NCBI GenBank assembly: GCA_002269645.1
Contig: NIVC01000105.1
Location: 287,992 to 351,991 of the forward strand
Length of the DNA stretch: 64,000 nt
Direction of reading: 5' to 3'
From: Macrostomum lignano
Lineage: Eukaryota
Shown: positions 34,761-47,884 of the stretch, piece after piece
Numbering within the stretch: the stretch's first letter is position 1
Layout of the letters: each line of letters starts with the position of its first letter
Position numbers and translations under genes: made by a program
The notes under the pieces: model-generated
What the model was told of the DNA's origin: nothing
Databases searched by the model: none
What the model saw: only the letters and a program-made list of their open reading frames with translations

Positions 34761-37259
34761 TTGAGTAATTTGTGAATTAGGCCTGGCAGAGGCCATGCAC
34801 AATCTTCTTCATAACCAAAAGCAGGTACATTACCGATCTCAGCCTGTACTCGTATGACGTGGAAGCAGCGGGAGGCCTGCTTGATCATATGACCCACTCA
34901 AATGAAATCCTGCTGTCCGAATTGGAACTCTCCGCTCCATATTTAAAATCTAGCATTTCACCACGCCACAAAAATAAAGCAAATGGAAACTGCATGGCAA
35001 CCACACGTGAAATCCTTCTGACAGCACATCGGCACTAATTGATGTACCATTTGGAATTGTCCAGAATAAATTTCTCGTCAAACGCGCCACAGCTACAGCT
35101 TTACGTCATAAATTAAAATCAGCAAGTCTGGGGGAATTGAATCACCCTCCACCTAGACAGTCAATAGGCGGCGATTCACATCCTTCAGTGCACCCAACCT
35201 TTCGCCGGCCACACCGCGGTGACACCATCCGCTTTCAACCGGTGCAGGACATCATGCTGCTTACATGTACGATGCAGGACCCGTTTTGTGAACAGTACTC
35301 TCTGTTCCCTGCATGGTGGTGTGCCTTGTCGATTGTACTTTCATGTAGGCTGGCTCGAATGTCTGCCACTGGTCCCCCGCTGAAGATTTAATGAGTAAAA
35401 TTGCAGTTTGTAGTCTGCAGTTCTACATGAACATGCAAAATGCATTCTAGCCAATGCTAATTATAGAAGATAGAAACATTCCCCATAGTTTCCCCATTTC
35501 TCAGTAATTTTCATAGCACAAAACTGTAAAACTTTATATCTACAGTATGCCTGAAGCCTTAACAACATTCTCAACGCCGTTTTCACCACTCGGGGATCCT
35601 AACAATAGGGTGGCATCTACATGTATAAAACGCTCGAAAGCACAGGGAGAGGTGGGGCTAACGCACTCAATTTCTGGCAATTCCCGTGCGGCTGCATCCT
35701 ATATTGTTCCTCAATTCCATTGCACCTTCCGCGCAGTGCCCGAGCAGCTTTAACTTATGCAACTGCAGGCAATCCGCAGCAATAAAGGCCATTCATGCAT
35801 TCTCCCTGTTGGACGCGGAGCACAATTCTTCATCATCTGCGAATGCCCCGCCCACTCTATGCTTGTCAGCTACCTTAAAGGAGAAGGACAGGACTGCGCT
35901 GCGAACACCCGGTACCACTGGGATGCATTTACATGTAACGTTTACGGTTACGAGCACCACTTAGCTTCCCGAATGACCAAAGCCCTGATCTGAAGCTAAA
36001 TCAAGTAATTGTCAGTTAAATAAAAAACAGAAAATTTTACGCGCCTGCAATCCTCGGACCTCGGGCCATGTTTTGCGCAGTACAGAATTTTTTAAAAGCA
36101 CGCAATTTTCAAATACCGTCACTTTTTTAGTGTATAACAAAACCCTTTGTATTGTGAGGCCCATAAATACAATATTTTGATGAAGACAGCCTAAGAACTT
36201 ACAACATGCTATACCTGTTATCACTCTAAAAATCATGAATTGTCTATTTTTCGCGCCAATTTTTAATTCTAACTACACTCGCCGAATGAGCACGTACTTG
36301 GTAACATGACTTTCAAGTAGTAGGCCAATCGCGTGACCGCCCTATCGGAAAACATCTCTTGGCTCTATTTATGCCAGGTTCTGTCCTCTCTGCTCGCGCT
36401 CATAATTTAGGTCTAAGCTATCATTAACTAGAGTAGCCACTTCACTTTCCAACACCAGCTCTTCACCATTTGGATATCATATCACTTATCACTTTTGCTT
36501 CATATTATTATGTAAGGCCTAATAGATAATAGCATAGCCCAAGCAACCAGATTTACCAAGACTTTTTACACTTGTAGTCTAGCAGATCAGATTAGAGTGT
36601 CAACAGCTGGTACTAGTAAATTTACACCTGTTAACATTAACAACTGTTTGCTTCAAATTGTCATTGGTTTCTTGATAAAGTATCAGGCCAATGATGAGCT
36701 TGCATAGTAGCCTAGCTTGGCCTACTGAAACATATTAACTATTTTAATTGCAGATGGATTGAAATTGATTGACAGGTATTTCCAATTTAAGAGTTTAAAA
36801 AATCTTCAATGGATAGATTTTAAGTTTGCAAAAATAGATACAAGATAAGATCATAAGTGGGACTTTGGCTGGTTATTGTTGACCCTTATTGGTCAAAGAA
36901 AAAATCTTACTAAACAAGAAGTGCACAAGTGGGTTCTTAAACAGCATTAAAGTATTTTATTTTTAGCAGATATAAAAGAGTACTGGATGTTTTAAGTTAG
37001 TTTACATTGATAGGCTAATGATATTGTAAGGTTATTAGAGATTTATTTATATAGACAGTTCTTTAAAATCTTGACCTCGTTCAAAGATGAAAATTTAATT
37101 TCCCTTGAATTTTCTAAAATAAAAATGTCCAGGAGAGTAGCTAGAACAGAAACAAATACACTAAGAACAGTCTAATACTTGCACTAGACTTGCAATATAC
37201 AAAGTTAAAATATAGGGTAAGGGTAGGCTCTAACCCATTTGTAGTTTGTAAGTTAAAAT

Positions 37260-39050
37260 CAATTTCATGAGTGCAGTAAACAGCGTGAGTAACTATGAGT
37301 GCAATTCAAACACAAATTGCCTCGCCACCTAATTGGTATTGTTTTTATAAGTAATATACAAGCATCCTTTTCATAAAAAGGTAATAATAAATAATGTTTA
37401 AGCAGATGCAAACTGAATGGTTTGAGGGGCGATACAAATTTTTTAGGTATAAACACATTGATAATTTAATAGACTAAAAATGAGACAAAATATTATTTTT
37501 AAAATCTTATACAATCTTGAAAATATTGATGTCTTTGAAAAATCTTTAGTTAATAAGTTGGTTTGGTCAATAGATACTTTTTTTATATTTTTTGAATACA
37601 GTGATTGAAATTGATCAGTATAAATAATCTTCTAAAAGATATAAGAATAATTAGGGAGTAAAGTTCACAGATTATCAATCACATGGTTGCGGTAAACAGC
37701 CCGAGTAACTATGAGTGCAATTTAACAATAAATTGCCTCGCCACCTAATTGGAACTTTTGTAAATAAATACATGAGCATCAGTTTTACTTTTAGATAAAA
37801 GTACTAGTGAATAATATGTAAGCAGAGCTAAACTAACTGGTTTGAGGGGTGATGTAAAGTTTCTAAACACATTAACAATGATAGACCTTAATATTTTTCA
37901 CAAATCCTTAACCATCCTTTAAATATATTAGGGCTATCTTTGAAAAATCTTTAGTTAATAAGTTAGGTGGTCAATTAATACTTTATTTTAATATTTTTTT
38001 CGAGTGAAATTGATCAATATGAATAATGACTCTTTTAACAATATTTTGTGAATTATTTAGCTATTTTTGCAATGCTATGATAATAATGTAACAAGCTATT
38101 TTATAGCAATATTGTTTTCAATTATTTACTATTTAATTTTGTTAAAATCAGTTTAAAGTCACTTTGGATAACATAATTACTTCATTCTAAGGGCATTAAA
38201 AAGGTTAGTGATAATGATAGAATGATGATCAGGGTAAAATTTGCTTATTATCAAGCATATAGCTGTGGTAAACAGCCCGAGTAACTATGAGTACAAGTGA
38301 ACAGTAAATTGCCTTGCCACCTAATTGGTACGATTTTTCTAAGTAGTATACAAGTATCATTTTTTATTAAAATATTTTAATGTCAATGAATGATTTTAAG
38401 CAGAGACAAACTGAATGGTTTCAGAGTTGAAAAAACATTTCCTTAACACATTGTCTAAGATTTAGGAAAAATAGTCTGTCATTTTCAATCTTTTAAATGG
38501 TGTTATGCTTAAACAATATTTCATTTATAAGTCTGTAGGCCAATATGTACTTATTTAAATGTTATTTTGAGTATAAATGATTTTCAACTGATTTCTATAA
38601 ACTATATGCACTTTTGAATAATATTTTGTGAATATTATTGTTATTTTTATAATCCCATCCCATTAAAACAATATTGTTAAAAGACAAAAGTTATTTAACA
38701 ATGTTGTTTATAATTAATTATTTACCATTCATTTTTTTATTCAGATTAGTTTTAAGTCATTTTATATAGCCTATCTACTTTATTCCAAGAGCATTGGAAA
38801 TAATAGTGATGAAAATATAAGATAATTAGAGAGTAAAATTCTTAGATAATCAATCACGTGGTTGTGGTAAACAGCCCAAGTAACTATGAGTACAATTGGA
38901 CAGTAAATTGCCTTGCCACCTAATTGGTACTCTTTTTCTAGGTAGTATACAAGTATCATTTTTAGATAGAAGTGAATAATGTTGAGATAAGCAGAAATGA
39001 ACCAGATAGTTCCAAGAGTGAAAGTTCCTAACACATTGAAAATAGCAGAC
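37260..39050. repeat. Old four-copy tandem duplication (period 416-599 bp) with a conserved core
   Basis: Core GTAAACAGC(C)CGAGTAACTATGAGT...AAATTGCCT(C/T)GCCACCTAATTGG starts at 37276, 37692, 38268 and 38867. Confidence 0.9.
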
Positions 39051-39249
39051 TTGATAATTTTTTCCTAAATCCTCAACAATCTTTTATCTTTTTAAAGTGT
39101 GCTATCTTATTATTTAATATTTAATATTTATTATTTATTTAATATTATTTATTATTATTTTGAGTATAAATTATTGTAAATTAATCTGATCTCAAATTGA
39201 TATGTACTTTTGACTCAATATTTCGGAAATAATAGTTATTTTTGTAATT

Positions 39250-41090
39250 TTATGATCACAGTACCATGGTAACAATGCCATGATAATGCCATGATAACAG
39301 TGCCATGATAACAGTGCCATGATAATGCCATGATAATGCCATGATAACAGTGCCATGATAATGCCATGATAATGCCATGATAACAGTGCCATGATAATGC
39401 CATGATAATGCCATGATAATGCCATGATAACAGTGCCATGATAATGCCATGATAATGCCATGATAACAGTGCCATGATAATGCCATGATAATGCCATGAT
39501 AACAGTGCCATGATAATGCCATGATAATGCCATGATAACAGTGCCATGATAATGCCATGATAATGCCATGATAACAGTGCCATGATAATGCCATGATAAT
39601 GCCATGATAACAGTGCCATGATAATGCCATGATAATGCCATGATAACAGTGCCATGATAATGCCATGATAACAGTGCCATGATAATGCCATGATAACAGT
39701 GCCATGATAATGCCATGATAACCGTGCCATGATAATGCCATGATAACAGTGCCATGATAATGCCATGATAACAGTGCCATGATAATGCCATGATAGCAGT
39801 GCCATGATAATGCCATGATAACAGTGCCATGATAATGCCATGATAGCAGTGCCATGATAATGCCATGATAACAGTGCCATGATAATGCCATGATAATGCC
39901 ATGATAACACTGCCATGATAACAGTGCCATGTTGACAATGCCATGATAACAGTGCCATGTTGACAATGCCATGATAACAGTGCCATGATAATGCCATGAT
40001 AACAGTGCCATTTTGACAATGCCATGATAACAGTGCATGTTGACAATGCCATGATAACAGTGCCATTTTGACAATGCCATGATAACAGTGCCATTTTGAC
40101 AATGCCATGATAACAGTGCCATAAAAATGCCATCATAACAGTGCCATGATAGCAGTGCCATGAAAATGCCCATGATAACAGCGCCATGTTGACAATGCCA
40201 GGATAACAGTGCCATGATAACAGTGCCATGATAACAGTGCCATGATAACAGTGCCATGATAATGCCATGATAACAGTGCCATGAAAATGCCATGATAACA
40301 GTGCCATGCTGACGGTGCAATGATAATGCCATGATAACCGTGCCATGATAATGCCATGATAACCGTGCCATGATAATGCCATGATAACAGTGCCATGATA
40401 ATGCCATGATAACAGTGCCATGATAATGCCATGATAACAGTGCCATGATAATGCCATGATAACAGTGCCATGATAATGCCATGATAACAGTGCCATGATA
40501 ATGCCATGATAACAGTGCCATGATAATGCCATGATAACAGTGCCATGATAATGCCATGATAACAGTGCCATGATAACAGTGCCATGTTGACAATGCCATG
40601 ATAACAGTGCCATTTTGACAATGCCATGATAACAGTGCCATTTTGACAATGCCATGATAACAGTGCCATAAAAATGCCATCATAACAGTGCCATGATAGC
40701 AGTGCCATGAAAATGCCCATGATAACAGCGCCATGTTGACAATGCCAGGATAACAGCGCCATGATAACAGTGCCATGATAACAGTGCCATGATAATGCCA
40801 TGATAACAGTGCCATGAAAATGCCATGATAACAGTGCCATGATAACAGTGCCATGTTGACGGTGCAATGATAATGCCATGATAACCGTGCCATGATAATG
40901 CCATGATAACAGTGCCATGATAATGCCATGATAACAGTGCCATGATAACAGTGCCATGATAATGCCATGATAACAGTGCCATGATAATGCCATGATAACA
41001 GTGCCATGATAATGCCATGATAACAGTGCCATGATAATGCCATGATAACAGTGCCATGATAATGCCATGATAACAGTGCCATGATAACCT
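39250..41090. repeat. Mosaic minisatellite of 11-bp (GCCATGATAAT) and 14-bp (GCCATGATAACAGT) units
   Basis: Explains all the His/Trp/Cys-rich ORFs at 39192-41209. Confidence 0.97.
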
Positions 41091-42233
41091 GTTAGATGAA
41101 TCTCGCATAGCTCAAATTTTACAATAAAGCTATCAATTTTATTAGTTAATTTAAAAATATATTCAACATTTTCAGCTTTATTGAAATGAGAAAAGAATAC
41201 AAAAGACACTTCAGTCTGTTTAAAATTTATTCTTTATTGATCTCATTTTTTTCAAATTTTTCAAAAATGAATTCGGCCAAGTCTTTTAAATGCATATATT
41301 TATTTAATGAAGTAATTAGTCATCATGCATACCAATTGTGACTGATAAGCATTACATGTACTAATGCATCCATTAGGCATTTATTTAGCAGGCTTTGTAT
41401 TTTCTAGATTAGAAAGCCAGCTGACTCAAATTCCACCCCATGCAAGCATTAGAATGGCTGGCCAAGCCCCCGCTAGTTTGATCTAGTTCTAACTGTTTGG
41501 CTAAACTTTTCAAGGGTAAGGGCGGGAAGTTGGTCGATATTTTGTTTCAGCTGTGGAAAGTCTAAACCGAACTCTACTTATCTCTGTCTCTTCTCTCTCC
41601 CCTCTCTCATTTATTTTCTATTTTCATAGACTAGAGAACGATTTGAGTACAACGGGGCGGTGTGACTGGTAGCTGAATAGGGCACAGAGGGAAGAGGCAA
41701 AACAAGAGAGAGGGCCAGCATGCACAATAGCGCATATTTCTGTGCCCCTCTCCCGCTGTCCCTAACCCAGTTTTAACTGGCGCACCGACCGCATTTTGCA
41801 GTTTTAGCACGTACAGTAATGAAATGAACTCTGCCCCAGATCGTTACTGGCTATGGTATGGATTTTGTACGCGCGTCAATGCGCGGAGATCTTAAGTTTA
41901 GATTTCGGGGTTCAGCTTATAATAATAATAATCTCATATAGGGCATTAAGTCACACCTAATTCTGACTGTATTTCATTATCTAGATTAGCTAGGTGCAAG
42001 TACGTAGCTAATTGTAGCTATCTCAACAACTATAACCGGAATTAACAGGAATTGACAAGTACACTAGCACGCTATGTACTTTCCTAGGCAGAGAGAATAG
42101 AGTTTAACTTTGACTAATAAAAGACAGGCGCCTAATGTTGAGGCTCTGAGGAAAACTCAGGAATACTTTTGAAGCTTTGCTTTCTTTAAAGATACTGTAG
42201 AGACTTCAATAAATACACTTAACTACTCAACAG

Positions 42234-43362
42234 GTAAGCAAACCCAGATGATAATCATAGAGCTAATGAGCTTTGAAGCTTGAAATTTGCTTTTGCATAT
42301 AGTGCAGTCCTGCTAAATAGCATCAAGTAATTAATCTCACAGAGTCCGAGGTTAGTCGTTTCCCAATTGCTCAATCTCATTTGGAGTCCGGGTTTCTCCT
42401 GATTGCCTAGTCTCATAGAGAGTCAGGGTTTCTCCTGGCTGCCTAATCTCATAGAGAGTCAGGGTTTCTCCTGATTGCCTAGTCTCATAGAGAGTCAGGG
42501 TTTCTCCTGGCTGCCTAATCTCATAGAGAGTCAGGGTTTCTCCTAATTGCCTAGTCTCATAGAGAGTCAGGGTTTCTCCTGGCTGCCTAATCTCATAGAG
42601 AGTCAGGGTTTCTCCTGATTGCCTAGTCTCATAGAGAGTCAGGGTTTCTCCTGGCTGCCTAATCTCATAGAGAGTCAGGGTTTCTCCTGATTGCCTAATC
42701 TCATAGAGAGTCAGGGTTTCTCCTGGCTGCCTAATCTCATAGAGAGTCAGGGTTTCTCCTGATTGCCTAATCTCATAGAGAGTCAGGGTTTCTCCTGGCT
42801 GCCTAATCTCATAGAGAGTCAGGGTTTCTCCTGATTGCCTAGTCTCATAGAGAGTCAGGGTTTCTCCTGATTGCCTAATCTCATAGAGAGTCAGGGTTTC
42901 TCCTGGCTGCCTAATCTCATAGAGAGTCAGGGTTTCTCGTGGCTGCCTAATCTCATAGAGGGTCAGGGTTTCTCGTGGCTGCCTAATCTCATAGAGGGTC
43001 AGGGTCTCTCCTGGCTGCCTAATCTCATAGAGAGTCAGGGTTTCTCCTGGCTGCCTAATCTCATAGAGAGTCATGGTTTCTCTTGATTGCCTAGTCTCAT
43101 AGAGTCAGGGTTTCTCGTGGCTGCCTAGTCTCATAGAGAGTCAGGGTTTCTCCTGGCTGCCTAATCTCATAGAGAGTCAGGGTTTCTCCTGGCTGCCTAA
43201 TCTCATAGAGGGTCAGATGTTTTTCTCCTTTCGATTCTCTAATCTCACAGCTACAGAGCTGTCTTGTAATTCAGTAACGCCGTTAAATCAAATTATTCAT
43301 TAAATAGACCTGTTAGAACAATTTATTAATAAAGATTTTTCAATTCCACAACTTTATTCCAG
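42234..43362 (+). other. Probable 5' UTR intron of the nuclear receptor gene
   Basis: Donor CAG|GTAAGC at 42234 and acceptor TTTATTCCAG| at 43362 enclose the 36-bp array. Confidence 0.55.
42355..43215. repeat. Minisatellite, 36-bp unit CTCATAGAGAGTCAGGGTTTCTCCTGGCTGCCTAAT
   Basis: About 24 copies in the probable 5' UTR intron. Confidence 0.97.
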
Positions 43363-43499
43363 ATTCCAGTGCGATTCGGCAAAAAAATTAATTAATAAAC
43401 AAACTGTACTAGACCGAGGCTCGCATTGATCGGTCCAAGTAAGCGCTGTCAGTAACGTCTTTTAAGCATAGTAACTTAAACAGAGGCTCCGAGAATCAG

Positions 43500-43733
43500 A
43501 TGACATCGTCCGATTGCTTAGGCCTGTTGGCCGTCATGGAAGCCACCGCTGGAGAAGATCTGTGTGCGCCGGCTCAGCAGCAGCGGCGGCGACGGGAGCA
43601 GCCAGCGCAGGAGCAGCAGCCATCCTCCTCGTCCTGTTCGACCATGGCAGAGCCGCCGTTGTCTCGATGCGCCGTCTGCCAAGACGTAGCTAGCGGAGTT
43701 CACTACGGTGTGCCAGCCTGCGAAGGCTGCAAA
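43500..43733 (+). CDS. Nuclear hormone receptor, coding exon 1 (first zinc finger); proposed join(43500..43733,53022..54098,55674..55984,60654..60793,60858..60901,61512..61713,62379..62626), 751 aa
   Basis: CAVCQDVASGVHYGVPACEGCK; donor AAA|GTGAGT. Joined CDS is 2256 nt, in frame. Confidence 0.9.
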
Positions 43734-43889
43734 GTGAGTGGGATTTCTCTGTTGAGGTAGCGTGGCTGTGACTCTAATATAATACTTTAGCGTGTCTCTT
43801 AGGCAACCCTAGTTAAGGTTCGATCTGGCGGGTGTTTCACGAAGAGATCGATTTTCTTATTTCAGGGGTTTTTTTCTGACTCACCTGTC

Positions 43890-45745
43890 AGAAGTCCTGA
43901 CCCATCTGTGCTAGAATTCAGACTCCTGACCCACCTGTGCTAGAATTCAGACTCCTGACCCATCTGTGCTAGAATTCAGACTCCTGACCCATCTGTGCTA
44001 GAATTCAGACTCCTGACCCATCTGTGCTAGAATTCAGACTCCTGACCCATCTGTGCTAGAATTGAGACTCCTGACCCACCTGTGCTAGAATTCAGACTCC
44101 TGACCCATCTGTGCTAGAATTCAGACTCTTGACCCATCTGTGCTAGAATTCAGACTCCTGACCCATCTGTGCTAGAATTCAGACTCCTGACCCACCTGTG
44201 CTAGAATTCAGACTCTTGACCCATCTGTGCTAGAATTCATACTCCTGACCCATCTGTGCTAGAATTCAGACTCCTGACCCATCTGTGCTAGAATTCAGAC
44301 TCCTGACCCATCTGTGCTAGAATTCAGACTCCTGACCCATCTGTGCTAGAATTCAGACTCCTGACCCATCTGTGCTAGAATTCAGACTCCTGACCCATCT
44401 GTGCTAGAATTCAGACTCCTGACCCATCTGTGCTAGAATTCAGACTCCTGACCCATCTGTGCTAGAATTCAGACTCCTGACCGATCTGTGCTAGAATTCA
44501 GACTCCTGACCCACCTGTGCTAGAATTCAGACTCCTGACCCATCTGTGCTAGAATTCAGACTCCTGACCCATCTGTGCTAGAATTCAGACTCCTGACCCA
44601 TCTGTGCTAGAATTCAGACTCCTGACCCATCTGTGCTAGAATTGAGACTCCTGACCCACCTGTGCTAGAATTCAGACTCCTGACCCATCTGTGCTAGAAT
44701 TCAGACTCTTGACCCATCTGTGCTAGAATTCAGACTCCTGACCCATCTGTGCTAGAATTCAGACTCCTGACCCACCTGTGCTAGAATTCAGACTCTTGAC
44801 CCATCTGTGCTAGAATTCATACTCCTGACCCATCTGTGCTAGAATTCAGACTCCTGACCCATCTGTGCTAGAATTCAGACTCCTGACCCATCTGTGCTAG
44901 AATTCAGACTCCTGACCCATCTGTGCTAGAATTCATACTCCTGACCCACCTGTGCTAGAATTCAGACTCTTGACCCATCTGTGCTAGAATTCAGACTCCT
45001 GACCCATCTGTGCTAGAATTCAGACTCCTGACTGACCCACCTGTGCTAGAATTCAGACTCCTGACCCATCTGTGCTAGAATTCAGACTCCTGACCCATCT
45101 GTGCTAGAATTCAGACTCCTGACCCATCTGTGCTAGAATTCAGACTCCTGACCCATCTGTGCTAGAATTCAGACTCCTGACCCATCTGTGCTAGAATTCA
45201 GACTCCTGACCCATCTGTGCTAGAATTCAGACTCTTGACCCATCTGTGCTAGAATTCAGACTCCTGACCCATCTGTGCTAGAATTCATACTCTTGACCCA
45301 TCTGTGCTAGAATTCAGACTCCTGACCCATCTGTGCTAGAATTCAGACTCCTGACCCATCTGTGCTAGAATTCAGACTCCTGACCCATCTGTGCTAGAAT
45401 TGAGACTCCTGACCCATCTGTGCTAGAATTCAGACTCCTGACCCATCTGTGCTAGAATTCAGACTCCTGACCCATCTGTGCTAGAATTCAGACTCTTGAC
45501 CCATCTGTGCTAGAATTCAGACTCCTGACCCATATGTGCTAGAATTCAGACTCCTGGTCACCCATCTGTGCTAGAATTCAGACTCCTGACCCATCTGTGC
45601 TAGAATTCAGACTCCTGACCCATCTGTGCTAGAATTCAGACTCTTGACCCATCTGTGCTAGAATTCAGACTCCTGACCCATATGTGCTAGAATTCAGACT
45701 CCTGGTCACCCATCTGTGCTAGAATTCATACTCCTGACCCACTTA
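43890..45745. repeat. Intronic minisatellite, 29-bp unit GACTCCTGACCCATCTGTGCTAGAATTCA
   Basis: About 64 copies. Confidence 0.98.
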
Positions 45746-46439
45746 TAATAAAATTCAGAGTCCTAAACGACATGCAGCTAAAAGTCTTGACCTACTTTGA
45801 ATGAGCTAGATGAGCCGTGACTCACCACCATCAGAAAATACGGAAGGGCACAAGTTTTTAGCCACGCCTGAGGTACAACACGTACCGCCATGATTTATCA
45901 CACACTCACAGCGCCACTTGTTTCAGCACGTGTTCTAACATTTCACGAGAAAAGCATAATTCGCATTCAGCCGTCAGAGCCAATTAACTCTAAGCACCTC
46001 AGCAAACTGTCCAGCTGAGTTCATGAAGTTGAATTGCAAGCACTATTATGCTATGATCTACTATGCTTATGGCTTTTGGAGAGCAGGCATGCAACCGCTA
46101 GTTTCGTCCAAGGACTACTCAAGTAGGACAGAAGACTACGTTTGTTGGAAAACTTTAGGAAGCAGTTTTTACCGTATAAATACGAGTATATTTCGGAGGT
46201 TAGCATTTTTTCATTAACATAGAAATTACTAGTGAATGAATAAGATGGTTTATTATGTTTTTTGAATTCATGGCCATGACCTATGTATTTCACCCGAATT
46301 AAGAAGTAATTAACTAAGAACTAACTAAGAATGTTTAGTTATACATCCCCAACCCACATCCCTACCTCCCCTCGACTTTGCCCACCTCTATAGTGTGCAC
46401 AGATCCAAACCCCTGGCTTTAGTAGGGCAAATAGTAAGG

Positions 46440-46890
46440 CTTAGGCTGTAGTTGGGGGCTCGCCGCCCCCACACCCCTGGCATTAGTTAGGCTACTAGTG
46501 GGGAGCTCGCCGCCCCCCACACCCCTGGCATTAGTTAGGCTACTAGTGGGGAGCTCGCCGGCCCCCCCCACACCCCTGGCATTAGTTAGGCTACTAGTGG
46601 GGAGCTCGCCGGCCCCCCCACACCCCTGGCATTAGTTAGGCTACTAGTGGGGAGCTCGCCGGCCCCCCCACACCCCTGGCATTAGTTAGGCTACTAGTGG
46701 GGAGCTCGCCGGCCCCCCCCCACACCCCTGGCATTAGTTAGGCTACTAGTGGGGAGCTCGCCGGCCCCCCCCCACACCCCTGGCATTAGTTAGGCTACTA
46801 GTGGGGAGCTCGCTGCCCCCCACACCCCTGGCATTAGTTAGGCTACTAGTGGGGGGCTCGCCGGGCCCCCCCACACCCCTGGCATTAGTA
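46440..46890. repeat. Minisatellite, ~47-53-bp unit CTGGCATTAGTTAGGCTACTAGTGGGGAGCTCGCC...CACACCC
   Basis: About 9 copies with a variable poly-C run. Confidence 0.93.
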
Positions 46891-47228
46891 AGTCTAGTGG
46901 GGGAGTAGTATTCAGATACTACTGAAGTAACTGTGCCTTTAAGTTGGCCTTCATTGGCGAGAATTTATGTTCGTGCACAAGCCCCAAATTAATTAATTAA
47001 CGAGGTGAGAGTTGAGACACATTCAACACTCTGGGACTTGTTGTGCACCGTTCCATAGACTCTGGGTTTCATAGGTGTCAAGCCCTCAATGGAAGCTCCT
47101 GGAAGCTACTTCCTGGAAGTACGATGAGCAGATGTGCAACCGACAGCTCAGCCGCAGCTATTGCGCGGCGCATCTGAAGGCTGCGTACGGCTGTTCAGTC
47201 CAATGACTGGGTGGGGGGGGGGTCGCCG

Positions 47229-47378
47229 ACACCCAGCTGTAAAATGGGTGTCAGCATTAGCTGGGGTAATTGAGGGTGTGTGTGGCGTGGGTGAACTGAA
47301 GCAATGCAGTGTTAAGTGTCTTGCTTAAGGACACAAATTGTTCTAAGTGGGATCGGGAATCGAACTCCCGACTTTCCC
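47229..47378 (-). mobile_element. tRNA-derived CORE-type SINE, apparently with an inverted 3' segment
   Basis: B box (GATTCCC on minus), GTGTCCTTAAGCAAGACACTTAAC core start; CCCAGCTGTAAAATGGG lies on the opposite strand at 47232-47248. Confidence 0.7.
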
Positions 47379-47884
47379 GTCATTCTACGATCTACATCTA
47401 CTTGAGTAGTCCTTGGTTTCGTTCGCGGCCGGGACTCCTTGAAAAACAAGGAGAGGATAGGATCGACCTGCCCATTGCCACAACACGCAAAACAGTGGTC
47501 TGTAGCTGGTTGAAGATGACAGGTGGCTTGAGCAGCTGACCAGCCATCCACCTTACTAACCCGATCAGGCACCCTGTGACTTTTTTCTGTTTTTTTGTTT
47601 CCAAACATCAAAGATTCGCTGCGTGGACGGCGTTTTTCGACCACAGAAGAAGGCGATAAGGCACTGGATGGGTTGTCCGCCTTTCTGCTTTTGAGTGGCG
47701 CAGCTGCTTCAGTGCTTGGTTTGGGAAAATAAGGCGCTGCATAGAGGCCAGTGGAGACTATTTTAAGAAGCTGTGAAATTTCGCCGGCATAACTGCTTCT
47801 GCTCTCGCGCGTGGCTAAAAGCTTTTGTAATGCCCCATGTACGAGCGTATAAAGGTCCCACATCGAACCACCTACAAATTTATA

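Larger units (their letters stand above)
46108..47416. mobile_element. TIR element with apparent 6-bp TSD, carrying a minisatellite and a SINE
   Basis: Perfect 19-bp inverted repeat CCAAGGACTACTCAAGTAG; flanking direct repeat TTTCGT at 46102-46107 and 47417-47422. Confidence 0.7.

Noticed and set aside
37390-37460. AAACCAT motif suggesting U17/snR30 snoRNA in the four-copy cluster
   Set aside because: The partner m1 motif (AUAUUCCUA) is not present on the same strand in the right order.
39192-41209. Long His/Trp/Cys-rich ORFs (up to 608 aa) that look like metal-binding proteins
   Set aside because: Open in all three minus frames because the 11/14-bp repeat lacks stops on that strand; no non-repetitive domain or splice context.
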